Source of the DNA: Blastocladiella emersonii ATCC 22665
Lineage: Eukaryota > Fungi > Blastocladiomycota
Direction: 5' to 3'
DNA length: 64,000 nucleotides
Assembly: GCA_025594325.1 (NCBI GenBank)
Contig: JANHCV010000005.1
Span: 868,001 to 932,000, forward strand
Part shown: positions 24,387 through 37,148 of the stretch, piece by piece
Numbering within the stretch: position 1 is the stretch's first letter
Layout of the letters: each line of letters begins with the position of its first letter
The notes under the pieces: generated by a model
Told to the model about the DNA's origin: nothing
The model's input: only the letters and a program-made list of their open reading frames with translations
The model's database searches: none
Translations under genes and position numbers: made by a program

Positions 24387-25474
24387 ATGTCGGCCGTGAA
24401 CCCGCACATTGGCGACATCCGCGTGCTGGTGCGGCAGAAGCGGGTCGACGAGGCGCGCGACCTGCTGACGCGGGCCGCGGCGCAGGTCGAGCCGCTGATG
24501 CGCAAGCGGTCGTGGAAGGTCGGCAAGCTGCGCGAGTTCTTCCCGTCTGACAAGTGCCTGCTCGGCCTCAACATCAACCGCGGCATGGAGGTCCGCGTGC
24601 GCCTGCGTCCCGCGCACAACCCGGACTCGTTCTACGACTACGATTTTATCCTCGGCACGCTGCTGCACGAGTACGATGCTTCCCCTCGATTGTGTCTATG
24701 TCGATGACTCACCGTTCCCGACCCCATCACAGACTCGTCCACAACCGCATCGCGCCGCACAACGCCGCGTTCCAGGCACTCTTCGAGGAGCTGTGGGACG
24801 AGGTGTTCGAGCTGCGGTCGCAAGGCTTCACGGGCAACGGCTTCTTCTCGCAGGGCACGCGCGTCGGCCACGGCACCGGCGCCACCACGCTGCAGAGCGT
24901 CGCCGAGGCCAAGCGCGCTGCCGCTGCTGCCGCCGAACGTCGCGGCGCCCTCGGGCTCGCGCAATCGGGCGGCCGCAAGCTCGGCGGTAGCAGCGGCGCC
25001 CCGAACCTGTCCCCGCGCGAAATGGCTGCGCGCGCCGCGATCCGCCGGTCCCTGCAGAGCAACCAGTGCGGCAACTCGACGGGTACCCTCACGCCCGCCC
25101 GCGCCAAGGAACGCGCCGGACCGCCGGCTGAGAAGACGGTGATTGTTCTGGATGACTCGGATGAGGACGAGATGGATGTGGGCGACGGCGACGACCTCAA
25201 GGGAGACGATGCCGACGCAACCAACGACGACTGGGGTGACTTGATTGACCCTGCCCTCGTTCCCGCGCTCCAAGGATCCACCCGACCGCGACCGCGCGCG
25301 GAACCAGGTCCCGCGCCCGGTCCGGCGCGTGTCCGCGGGGCTTCCTCCTCGTCCGCGACGGTTGACTCGACTGGCCCCCGTCGCGACGGCCGCGGAACCG
25401 CGTCGAACCCCGCCCGGCGGCCAGCGCGACCACCACCCCCGCCGTGTGAATGCATCGTAATAGACAGCGACTGA
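24387..25474 (+). CDS. WSS1: WLM-domain DNA-protein crosslink metalloprotease; exons 24387-24670, 24733-25474
   Basis: LREFFP...LLGLNINRG.EVRVRLR, spliced HELVHN (HExxH) and C-terminal SIM-like VIVLDD / CIVIDSD. Confidence 0.9.
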
Positions 25475-25775
25475 GCGTGTCCCTTCGTGTGACGCAGTGC
25501 CCCCGTTTCAAAAGGAGTGAGGCGGAGGCGTCGCCATGGCGGCCTTGAGCTGAGACGCTCGCTGAGGCTTGAGACAGCTATATTTGACTGATACGCCAGG
25601 CGAGCGCCGAATCGCGACGACCCGGTGGATCGACCGTGCGGACCCCTCGGGCCGAGCGAGCTCCTGCAGCACGCCGATCCCCACTGCTGCCCTCCCCGCC
25701 CCCGCACGGCCTCTTCTCTCTCTCTTAAGGGAACGATCACCCTGTATTGGTGCTCATTCACCGCCACGTATCACC

Positions 25776-28700
25776 ATGGACGGCAGTAATCCTGCCTGTG
25801 ACCTCCTCACCGGGGTACGCTACGCCATCGCCGCGCTCGCTTCGGCGACCTGATCACCGTGATCCCACCCAGCGCTGACGCCCGCCCGCCCTCCCCGCAC
25901 CAGCTTCCGGTCCTGGACCGCCACGGCGTCCTGACGCTGTGCTTTGTGCGGAGCGTCTTCACCGTGTTCCTGCCCGTCGGCTACCTCGCCGCGCTCGTCC
26001 CGGCGTACCTGTACTACGCGCGCGCGCGCCGGTCCCGCCTCGGCAACGCCGGCTATGCGCCCATCTCGACCATCGACCCCGACAGCGGCATCGCCGTCGA
26101 GGGCGAGGTCCACTTTGCGAAGCCTCCGCCGAAGCCGACCACCTGGCTCGCCGCGACCAAGCTCGCACTGATGCTCGTCGCCCTCGCCAGCACCGTCTGC
26201 CAGTGGTGGGTCGCCGAGTCGCTCTCCGACGAGCTGTTTGCCGTGCACGCCGGCGTCTGGGTACGTGACGCTGATCCACTCGCCGCCCCGATCCGACCGA
26301 TGCTGACCATTACTTGGGATGTCTAGGCGTTGCTCATCGTCTTCACCGTCGCGAGCAACAACCAGCGGTCGCACGTCTACGCCCTGCCCGCGCTCGTCTT
26401 CCCGACCGTCGCCGCGATCCTCGACCCGGCCAAGTCGCTGACCTGGGCCTACTACTCGGCGCCGGCGCTTCTCGTCACGCTCGTCGGCCTGGCCGAGTAC
26501 CAGGTGCAGCGCAAGCGGCACGAGGACTACCTCGCGTCGCGGTACACGGACTCGGGGTACCTGCCGTCGCTCGAGGAGACCGTGTCCACCTTCTCGCAGT
26601 GGGTCACCTACTCGTACCTCAACCCGCTGCTGCGGCTCGGGTCGCAGAAGCACCTCGAGGACAAGGACATCTGGGAGGTGATCCACGACGACGCGGCCAA
26701 GACGTCGTGGGCGACCTTCGCCGCGCACCGCCAGCGCACGGGCCAGTTCGGGTACTCGATCGTCCGCACCATCGTCCCGCTGCTCTCGGTCCAGATCGTG
26801 TGCGGGATCGCGTCGGCCTTCTTCTCGTTCACGGGCCCCTTCTTCCTCAACCGGCTCGTCGCCTTCATCGAGAAGCGGTCGCCCGACGACGACTCGCTCA
26901 TGCAGGGCTACCTGCTGGTCCTCGGCCTGTTCGTCTTCACCAACCTCAACAACCTGTTCGAGTCGCGCGCCGCCTTCTGCGGCACGCGCGCCGGGTTCCG
27001 CGTCCGCAGCATCCTCATCACCGAGGTGTACCTCAAGGTGCTCACGCGCAAGGCGTCGCACTCGGCGGGCAAGATCACCAACTACTTCGGGTCCGACGCG
27101 TCGCGCGTGCACATCTGGTTCTGCTGGGCGCACGGCCTGTTCGTGACGCCGCTGCAGCTCGTCATCGCCATCAGCTCGCTGTATTTCGTGCTCGGGTGGA
27201 GCTCGATCGTCGGCGTGTCGTTCCTGGTGCTCCTGATCCCCGTGCAGTCGTACCTAACCAAGAGAATGTACGCGCGGCAGAAGCTCGTGATGGCGGCGAC
27301 TGATACGCGCATGTCCCGCATCACCGAGATGCTCTCTTCTATCCGCATCGTGAAATTCATGGCGTGGGAGTCGAAGTTCGCCGAGCGCATCACGGACGCG
27401 CGCCGCACCGAGCTCCACCGCATGCGGTCCTACTTCATCGTCCAGGCGCTCGCCTACGCCGTCTACACGTCGGGCCTGATCCTCGTGTCGCTCGTCACGT
27501 TCCTGTCCTACACCAAGCTCCAGGGCGGCATCCTCGACGCTACCACCTGCTTCACCGCCATTGCCCTGTTCCGCGCCCTCAACAACCCGATCGACGACCT
27601 CTCGTACCGCATCACCAGCTTCTTTGAGACCCGCGTCTCGTACCACCGCATCCGCAAGTTCCTCAAGGACGAGGTCGACATGGACTACTACGAGCAGCAC
27701 CCGCTCTCCGCGACCGTCCTCAACGACAACGAGAACAACGCGCACCAGGCCGCCGTCGCGGCCGCCGCCGCCGTCGCGGCTGGCTCGGCCCGCGCTCCGC
27801 TCCTCGGTTCCGCCGCCTCGGCTGCTGCGGCGTACGGCACGTTCCGCGCCGACTCGGGCAACGACCTGCTCCAGACGGCCGCCCCGCCCGCCGTCGGGTT
27901 CAAGAACGCCACGCTCTCGTGGGCCGACTCGATTGCCCCCGAGGAGGAGGACGACGACAAGGCCAAGACGACCGAGGCCGACAAGAAGAAGGAGAAGGAG
28001 TCGGCCAAGCCCGCCACCGCTCCCGCCGCCGCCGTCGCGTCCAGCTCGTCGTCGTCGTCGAGCTCCGCGTCAGGCCTGCCGACCGAGGACTCGGTGTCGC
28101 TGACGGAGCCCGAGCCGTTCAAGCTCAAGAATCTGGACGTGCAGTTCCCCGCGGGCAAGCTGTCGCTGATCGTCGGGCTGACGGCCAGCGGCAAGTCGTC
28201 GGTCCTCAACGGCCTGCTCGGCGAGATGAAGCTCGAGTCGGGCGCGGTGCAGATGCCGGCCGACGGCGTCGCGCTCGTGTCGCAGCAGGCGTGGCTCATG
28301 AACGCGACGATCCGCAAGAACATCACCTTCTCGCTCCCCTACGACGAGCTGCGGTACAACCGCGTCGTCGACGCGTGCGCCCTGACCCGCGACTTCGAGA
28401 TTCTCGCCGGCGGCGACCTGACCGAGGTCGGCCAGCGCGGCATCATCTGCTCCGGCGGACAGAAGCAGCGCATCAACCTCGCCCGCGCCACCTACTCGAA
28501 TGCCAGCGTGATTTTGGTCGATGATTCTCTCAGCGCGCTCGACGCGCCAACTGGGCGCGCCGTCTTCGAAAAGGCGATCCTCGGCGAGCTCGCGGGCCGC
28601 ACCCGCATCATGGTGACCAACGCCGTCTCGCTCGCGGCCGCCAAGGCCGACTTCATCGTCGTCATGCGCGGCGGCGAGGCGGTCGCGCAGGGCGACCTCG

Positions 28701-30979
28701 CCACCGTCACGGCGCAGCTGCAGGGCACCGAGGAGGCGCGGCTGTTCGAGTCGATCGAGGGCGACGACGAGGACGACGACGACGAGGGCACCACCGTCGA
28801 TGCCGCCGAGCCCTCCTCGTCTGACGACGACAAGGCCGGCGCCGAGCGCGCGGCCAAGGCGACCGCGGGCAAGTCGGGCGTCGCCGCCAACACGGTCGAG
28901 GCCAAGCGCAACGGGCGCGTCGAGCTCGGCGTCTACTTCATGTACCTGCGCGCCACGGGCGGGGTCCGGTTCTGGGCCTTCTTCCTCGTCGGCACCTTCG
29001 CCACGTACCTGTGCCGCATCGCCGCCGACAACTGGCTGCGGATCTGGGCCAAGCAGTACACGTCCGAGGCGCCCGCGGGCTCGGTCGAGCCCACCGCGGC
29101 GTTTGGGATCGCGGCGCTCGTACGCGTCCTGCAGCAGACGGTCGACGTCAACTTCTACCTCGGCGTCTACTCGATCATCGGCCTCGTCACCGTGTTCGTG
29201 CAGTTCGGGCAGTCGTACTACAAGTACATTGGGTCGATGCGCGCGAGTCGCCGGCTCCACTCGCAGCTCCTCAACAGCGTGCTCGCGGCGCCCGTGTCCT
29301 TCTTCGACTCGACGCCGACGGGCCGCCTGCAGAACCGGTTCTCGCAGGACATGGGGTCCATCGACTCGAGCATCATGAACAGCCTGTCGTCGTTCATCAG
29401 CTTCGTCGTCGGCATGGCCGTCGAGCTCGGGCTCGTGGGCGCGGTCGTGCCCATGTTTCTCCTCGTGGTCCCGTTCCTCCTGTACCTGTACTGGTCGATC
29501 GCCGACTACTACCTGGCCACGACGCGCGAGATCAAGCGCATCCAGTCGACGCACCAGTCGCCGCAGTTCTCGCACTTCGAGGAGTCGATCGCCGGCGCGT
29601 CGTGCATCCGCGCGTACCGCGCCGAGCCGCGGTTCATCCGCCACATGTGGCGCACCGTCGACAACGTCAACCGCGGGCTCGTCTCCCAGATCGGCCTCAA
29701 CCGGTGGATGTCGCAGCGCACGGGCTTCGCCGACTCGCTCGTCCTCCTGTGCACAGGGCTCGCAATCCTCTTCTCGCTCGACACGCTCGACGGCGGGCTC
29801 GCCGGGTTCACGCTCTCGTACGCGCTCGTCTTCTCGTCGAGCGTCGTCTGGCTCATCCGCACCTGGTCAATGCTTGAAATCAGCGCCAACGCCGTCGAGC
29901 GCGTTGGGGAATGGCTCAACCTGCCCCGCGAGGAGGACACGCTCGTCGCCGCGAGTCTCGAGGACCAGTCCCAGCAGATCGTCAACGGGACGGCCCCCGC
30001 CGACGCCGCCGCGCAGCCGCCCCGCATCCTCCAGTCGGTCCCCGCGTCGTGGCCCGCCCACGGCCGCGTCGAGTTCAAGGACGTGACGTGCCGCTACCGC
30101 GCCGACCTCCCGCCCGTACTGCACAACATCCACTTCACGGTCGCGCCTGGAGAGCGTGTTGCCATTTGCGGCCGGTACGCTTTACTTCAACACCCGACTT
30201 TTTGAAAGCACATTTACTCACTTTTCATTCGCTCGTTCCTCACGTAGTACCGGCGCGGGCAAGTCGTCCGCGGTCCTGTCGCTGTTCCGGTTCATCTCGT
30301 GCGAGACGGGCGCCATCACCATCGACGGGATTGACATCTCGACCATCTCGCTGCACGACCTGCGCTCGCGGCTCGCGATCCTGCCGCAGGACCCGGTGCT
30401 GTTTGAGGGCACGGTGCGGCAGAACCTGGACGTGTTCGGCGAGTTCGACGACGAGGTGCTGTGGCGCGCGCTCAACCGCGTCCAGTGCAGCGGCGCGACC
30501 CCGCTCACGCTCGACACCCAGGTCGCCGAGGGCGCGTCCAGCCTGTCGGTCGGCCAGCGCCAGCTCCTGTGCATCGCGCGCGCCCTGCTCAAGTCGGCCA
30601 AGATCGTTGTCATGGACGAGAGTACCGCGTCCATCGACGCTATCAGCGACACCAAGATCCAGTCGGTCATCCGCGAGAGCCCCGAGTTTGCTGGGTCGTC
30701 GATCATCTGCATCGCGCACCGGATCAAGACGGTCGCTGACTTTGACCGGTACGTTTTTGCGCGATCCGTCTCGCTGAGGGAGCTTTTCCTGACTCTGCAC
30801 TTCTCTCTTGTAGGATCATCGTGCTCGATGCTGGCCGCGTGGTCGAGGAGGGCTCGCCGTACGCGCTCATGCACGACCCGGCCAGCGTCTTCTTCGGCAT
30901 GTGTGTCGAGACGGGCGAGTTCGAGACGCTGCTCCAGCTCGCCGAGGAGACTGAGGCCAAGAAGCGGGCACAGAGCTAG
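25776..30979 (+). CDS. ABCC/MRP-type full ABC transporter (YBT1/YCF1-like); exons 25776-25814, 25904-26260, 26327-30174, 30248-30748, 30814-30979
   Basis: Two TMD-NBD halves: GLTASGKSS, CSGGQKQR, ILVDD; GRTGAGKSS, LSVGQRQL, VVMDE. All introns are GT-AG and in phase. Confidence 0.95.
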
Positions 30980-31122
30980 ATGATGTGGTTTCGTGCGAGA
31001 GCGAGTGGAGTGATTTCTAGTGTGCCTCATTTTCAATCTGTCAACGTTTTGTTACCCTCACCCACGCTGATTTCGCGTCTCGATGCGAACGTCATGAGCC
31101 GAACCTCCAAACGCGTCGAGAA

Positions 31123-34100
31123 CGCGAGACATGGGAGACGCGTCGCGGTCACGCGGGTGATCAGCTGATGTTCGGCTCTGATCCGCTATAAATCTCGGCG
31201 GATCGCCCCGCCCACCCCTCGCTCTCTCTGACCCTAAAGGAGAGATGCAACTAGCAGCATAAAAGGCGAACGTACGGAGCACGACTCGTTGCTCGCACCC
31301 GTCACTGCCCTTTGGGAAGGTCCTCGAACCCCGATGTCCTGCGCGCCTTGAGCGAGAGCTCAGGCGCGCTCCTCTTGCAGAGGCCCGTCTGTTCCTCGGC
31401 CGTCGGCCTCCTCTCGAGGGGACTGATGCGGAACACGGGTGGACGTGTGGCACCAGCAAGTCGGTCGCTGTCCACGACGACAGTGAAAGCGGCCACAGCG
31501 GGGACATTCTATTCAGTGCAATATGCTGCAGCGCCGCCCCCTCGCGGCGGCGCGCACTCAATGCGGACTATTGTTGCGTCTCTCCCCTCTCTCCCTTGCT
31601 ACTTTGTGTTGTCGTGCTGCCCGGATCGAGGGACGTGTTGCTTGTTTCTATTGAGCGTGTGCGTTGAGGGCGAGTGGCTGAGTGGGCGGCTGGGGGAACA
31701 TGTTGCTGCCACCACGACCGTCCCCCTTCTCTCCTCCCATTGTCAACGCCCGTCACCAAACGCAATGTGTAACCTCATGCAACCTGAGGAACCGGGCCCG
31801 CCCATACGCGTTCTTGCGGATTTACCCCCCGAGCTGCTCATCGACGTGGTCCGACTCTGCAAGCCGCGCAGCTCGCTTGCTGCGGCGACTACCGTTCTTG
31901 GCAGCACGACGCGCGACGACCTCGTCTGGCACTCGTGGGTGCTGCGCCTGATTGCGCGCCTCGACGCTGCCACAGCAGGCCCACACCAACCGATCGGACT
32001 TGTCGCGCGGTTGTTCCACCTTGGTCCTCCCGCCGCACCTGACAAGCTCATCTTCCGGTACGCCAGCTTGCTTTGTCGTCGCATTCGCACCAGCGGCGTG
32101 GACGCAGCCCAGCTCCAAGCTCTCGCCGAGCAAGACCCCCTCACCTTGGCTGCCCTGCCGCCCTTGTGCCATCCCGGCCTTGGCTATCTGCGCCTCATGT
32201 TGGCAGCCATCAAGGACGGCCGTTTGGACCTATTTCGCAGCATGTTCCTGGCGCTCGCTGCTCATGCCCCGCAAGTTCTTGGCGTTGTGATGGATCGGAG
32301 CCACTGGGCATCGTTCATGGGCGCAAGTCACTGCAGGGAATTTGGTGCAAGTATCGCCAGCAGCACCACATCTGGGTCTGTCGCCGAGGCCGTTCCATGG
32401 GACAAGGCACTCATGATTGACGCTCTCGCGTTCACCGCCATCGGCGATTTGCGCTACTTGGCGCTCCAAACCCTGCTTTTGTACGACGGAGCTCACCGCG
32501 TATACGTTCCTCAACTGCTCGCAATCGTTGGCGAGATTCCTTCGATGTACTTGCAGGCTCACGGGCGCGAGGAAGATCACGCGGCCATGTTTGCATGGCT
32601 TTACGAAAGTTTGCCGCTTATGCCGCAATCTGCGCACGCGTCATACGTCAGTGCTGCTCTTAGACATTGTGGCCATCGCTGCGTTCTCCAACAGCTGCGA
32701 CAGCTTCCCAAGCTCATCGTTCCTGCCCTGCCGCTTCAACCTTGCATGTTCAGCAACTTTCATGGCTTTTGCAGTCAGATTATTCGCCGGTTTGATGACG
32801 ATTTACCGGTTAGCGAGCTCGAGCTTCTTGACCGCGACGGTTACATTCAAACTGAGGCCTGCAGCCATATCGTTGGTGCTGCAATTGCACGTGGGGAGGG
32901 TGCGTTTGTGGCCAAGCTTTGGAAGCAACGCGACGAGCCAACGTGGCGCGCGCTCTTGCTTGAAGGTACTGAGCTGCCCGGCACTACGTGATAAAAGTTT
33001 TCCACCGTGCTCACCCATGCTGTGCCGTGTAGCACATTCCTCAGCACATTCTTCACCATGTCGCCTCACAATCCGCCAACAATGATGGCGCCAGCCATCA
33101 ACATGCATGCCAGTTGAGCCCGCTCAACCTCAAAGAATTTGGAAGAGTCTACCTCAAGGCTATTTGGCCCGGCTCCAGTCCCACTCGGTGGTCCGTTGCC
33201 CATTGCTTGCTTGAGGGCGATTTTGTTGCCCATCCGCTGGACTTGCTGCACATGTTTGTCCTCTGACACAAAGTTGACCCGGTGATCAAACACGGCTTCG
33301 CTTTGGAAGCACCTATTCACCGAAAGCTCACTGTAGACGTCGTGCGTTTAGTTGTCGCCACAATCGCAAATCCAGACACTCGAATTGCCACCATAACCAC
33401 AATACTGCAAGCCAAGCGGCAGTCCGCGCTTCTTACCGCCATGCTTGCAGTTTTCATGTCGCCAGAGGGCATGAAAACAAGTGCTTGTCATTCCGCCGCG
33501 TGGCTTCTTCCTGGACTTGACACTTGCGCCAACTGCCCGCTGCTCGCTCAGCAGGCGTGGTGGGATACGGTGGCCGTGCTTGCTGCAGAGGTTCAAGAGA
33601 TCGCGTTATATGGTGCCATGCCAGAGTGGTTGCTCCTGTGCGGATTCGTGGACACTGCGCGCTTGTGCGACTCCCGCTTTGGCTGCGACGCATTCGCTTC
33701 AGCTCAGCAAATCGCGCACATCTACTTTGGCACACAAGTGGCCTCTCCCGCGGACCTGATATCTGGCGAAATTTGATACTTGCCCTACCTCGACTCGTCA
33801 ACGATCTGGCAGCTCCTTCCTGACGGCGCGCTTGACAATGGCCTCTCACCGCTTATGCTGGCACTATTGGTCAATAGGACAGCTCACACGCGTGAAGTTG
33901 ACGTCTCCATCATGGTGGCCATGGCCAAGCACTGTGCTCCGCAGACGGTCATGTCCGCCGAGTTTGTCGCGGCACTGGAAGATAGTGACGCTGGATGATG
34001 GCTTCCGATCTATACATTTGCATCCCTTTGTGCCTCCTCAAGCTTCCCGAACAGACAGGCTGTTGCGCAAAGCTGAGGTTAGTACTCGTGTCAGCGGTCT

Positions 34101-36723
34101 GTTGGGCGGCCAACGCGCCAATCAACCCTGCATACCACGTCTCTCTGACATTGTATTGCGGTTGTCACACTTGCTGCCTCATGTGATAGCTCTCCGCCGC
34201 TAGTTGATCACATTAACACGTGGGTCGCACAGCCTTGCGTGTTAACTACTGAGCTGCCCGCATCGTGGGCACGTTGCTGATTCTTGTCTTTTCATGATCA
34301 TTGGCCCGGCCCCGGCGCAGTCGCGCGTCGTTTATGCGCAAGGGCGGTCACGACGGGTGGCGTCGGCGCCACTCGACAAGCGTCTCGACCTCGACGGCGA
34401 TCTGTTGCTCTCTTGCACCCCACTCCTAACAAACACCGCCATGTTAAACTCCATGCAACGTGCTCCTCCGGAGCTTAACCTTGCGAATTTCCCTCCTGAA
34501 GTGCTCGCCGAGGTGATCCGGCTCAGCGAGCCCCGTCGCGCTCTCGCGCCCTCCTCGGCCATCTTGCTCAGCGCAGCGCGAGACGACTTTGTCCGGCTCC
34601 TGTGGGCTCGCCGTGTGGTGGTGCAACTCAGCACCATCGTTGCGGGGCTACCGCCTCCAGATATGCCAGTCGTTTACAACCATCAGTTCGGCCAAGAACC
34701 CAAGTGGCCAAGTAACGACCTTGTCACGCACCTGTTCAAAACCGATCCCAACGACTCATCCACCCTTTCAGCGGCCCCGTGGTCCCTCGACCACAACTTC
34801 AACTCGAGCGGCTTACTGGTCCAGTTTACGGATCATCTGCTTCGCCACATTCGAGCGAGTGACGTGCAAGCCGATGCCCTTGTGGTCCAACTTAACCGCA
34901 ATGGTGGCAAATCGCACGCGTTGCGTCACCCTCTCGTAGCCTACCTCCACCTATTGGTCGCCGCAATTAGCTATGGTCGGGCTGACTTGTTCCACAACAT
35001 GCTCACCAAGCTCACAACCAAGTTTCCACACGCTCTCGACCTCTCGCTTCGTCCAGCCGACTGGGTACGGCTTCTCTACGACAAGCAAAACCCGAAATCT
35101 ACGCGGTACAAAGTCTGCAGCAAGCTTGGCCCCTTCGCGCACCCGGATTTTGTTGCCGGACTGCCGGACGTGCTAGCTCTTGTCGCCATCTTAAATTGGC
35201 GCGTCCCGCTGCTCGAGACCTTGCTGGCTGACGACGCCCATCCTATTGACACTGCTGCGCTTACCCGCTGCATGAGCGACCAGCAGTCTATCTACATTTT
35301 GCACCAACGCATGGACCTGTGCGAGCCCGAGCAGCTCAATGAGCAATTGGCCTTGTTTAAATGGCTGTTTGCGAGATTGGAGCACATGATGGAACCGGCA
35401 CGTAAAGCTTACGTGGCAGTCTCGCTCGAGCGGCGCATGTTTCGCCAGGTGATCCCGCTTCTGCAGCAGTTTCCACAGCACTTTTCGTGGGCCACGTCGC
35501 TTGACCCTCGCAACGTGGATGAGCTTCACGTTCTCGGGCGCTGCATTATTCGATGGTTCTATGACGATTTGTCACTACGCGAGCTTGATCTCCTTGACCG
35601 TCAAGGCTATGTGCAACCGTCGGCACATGCATCTCTCCTTGGCGCAGCGATTGCGCGAGGCGAACGTTCCCTGGTGCGCAAGTTTCGAGCGCTGCACGAC
35701 GACCAGGGTTGGGCTGCGCTCTTACTCGCTGGTACGAGTCTGACCTGTTGATCCGTACGCACCGTAACCGTCAAAGCTAATCGTGGCCATGCTGGTAGCC
35801 TTTGACCAAAGTCTCCATGCTCTGCAAGATGGACTTCCGCAGCGGATTCTTCACTTCGTGTCTACCAACGGCCGGACGGAAAACTCTCAAACTGCGCGCC
35901 GCTTGACACTGGACGCTTTGGTCGCATTTGCAAACGTTTATATCAAGCACGAATTCATGTGTGCTCTTCACACGAACGGGTTACTCAGCGGAAATTTTAT
36001 TGCTCATCCGCTTGACCTGCTTTATATGGTCGTCGGTCGCAGCAGATGCACGCAGACACCCATCATTTCGTGCGATGTTCGTGAAAACATTGAACGCCTG
36101 CTTGTGGTTACCATCGCAGACCCCAATACGCGAGACGAGGCAATGCACTTGATTCGAGAGGCAGAGCTTCAGACGCTACTTTTCACGGCGCTCCTTCCGG
36201 CTCGCGACCAGGACAAACTTTACCAAAACCTCTTTGCTTCTGCTTCAACCACACACGGAGCATCAACTTTGGAGCCGAGTGCCCCGTGCCCACTATTCGC
36301 TCAGCAGGCTTGGCGCGATGTAGCAGCCATTTTTGCAGCTGAACCGTTGGACGGCCCCACCTGCACCGCGGTTCAGGTATGGGGATCGATGGCGACCATG
36401 GTAGCGACCCCATGCGGTTGCAATTCCGACCTGGGCTGCGATTCTCTGGCGTCGGCTCTGCAGTGCGCGCAGATCTTGCTTGACCTTGACCCAACCGACG
36501 CGATTGCCTGCTTCTGCTATGAAGTCTTTGGCTCTTTTGCGCACGAAATACCGCTCACAGTCTGGCAGCTTATTCCCGAAGGTTTACTCGATGGTGCTGT
36601 CCCGCCTTACAGCTTGGCGAATTATGCCGTTCGCGCTGCTGCGCGGGAGAACATGGAGGTGTCCAACGTCGTGGCCATGCTTGCACGAGCCGCTCCCCTA
36701 GCGGTCACCTCAACCGAGTTCAC
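31123..36723 (+). repeat. Left arm of a 5,601-bp apparently identical inverted duplication
   Basis: Every ORF mirrors one in 54700-60300, with coordinate sums equal to 91423 and identical translations. The junctions were read by eye. Confidence 0.97.
31765..33998 (+). pseudogene. F-box-like/helical-repeat family member (long type); intact ~400-aa first exon, disrupted second exon
   Basis: LADLPPELLIDVVRLCKPR; donor G|GTACTG at 32966. The downstream frame is homologous to the 34441 gene (GDFVAHPLDLL, ANPDTR, CPLLAQQAW) but carries a frameshift and TGA at 33264 and 33774. Confidence 0.75.
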
Positions 36724-36742
36724 TGCGGTTTTGAACGCGTGA
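34441..36742 (+). CDS. F-box-like/helical-repeat family protein (long type, ~745 aa); exons 34441-35731, 35799-36742
   Basis: LANFPPEVLAEVIRLSEPR...DFVRLLW. A phase-1 67-nt intron (GTACGA..GCTAAT..TAG) joins the two ORFs in frame. LLVAAISYGRADLF and LLGAAIARGE are ankyrin-like. Confidence 0.8.
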
Positions 36743-36827
36743 ATCTCCTTTTGACTTTGTTTTCTTTCAATTCTTCCGATTTGCCCCACCATGTTCCGCA
36801 GCCCGCACCATTGGAAGCGTCGGTTTA

Positions 36828-36850
36828 TCACGTGAGTGGCGCAACGCGTC
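36828..36850 (-). promoter_or_regulatory. Composite ACGCGT + CACGTG motif, copy 3
   Basis: TCACGTGAGTGGCGCAACGCGTC is identical to the copy at 54570-54592 although the flanks have diverged. Confidence 0.5.
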
Positions 36851-37148
36851 CTACCACGATCTGCGGGCGGCCGTTTCATCATGGCAATGGTGACATGAAT
36901 AGATTTGCTGTGAAAGACTAGTTGTTTTGAGAAGTTCGCGGGAGCAGCGATTAGGTATCTCACGAAACCGACGCTATAGCGCGACGCGTCTCGCAACGTT
37001 TTCGGCGACGCGTTTTTGTCTCTCTTGACATCTGCACGCTTTTGATAGTTATAAATATCAAACGAGTCAGTTGTTTCTGCCTCGAAAACATCAAATTCGG
37101 CACCCCGCCGACCCTAGCGGGACAACGGGCTTGAGCTGCTTGGCGCAC

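Noticed and set aside
31312-31764. N-terminal extension of the 559-aa ORF (and its mirror 59659-60111)
   Set aside because: Paralogs start just before the F-box-like motif, so the extension looks like open UTR or intron sequence.
33264-33776. TGA reassigned as a sense codon
   Set aside because: Conserved genes here (BI-1, WSS1, kinase, cyclin L) terminate at TGA, and the affected copies also carry frameshifts.
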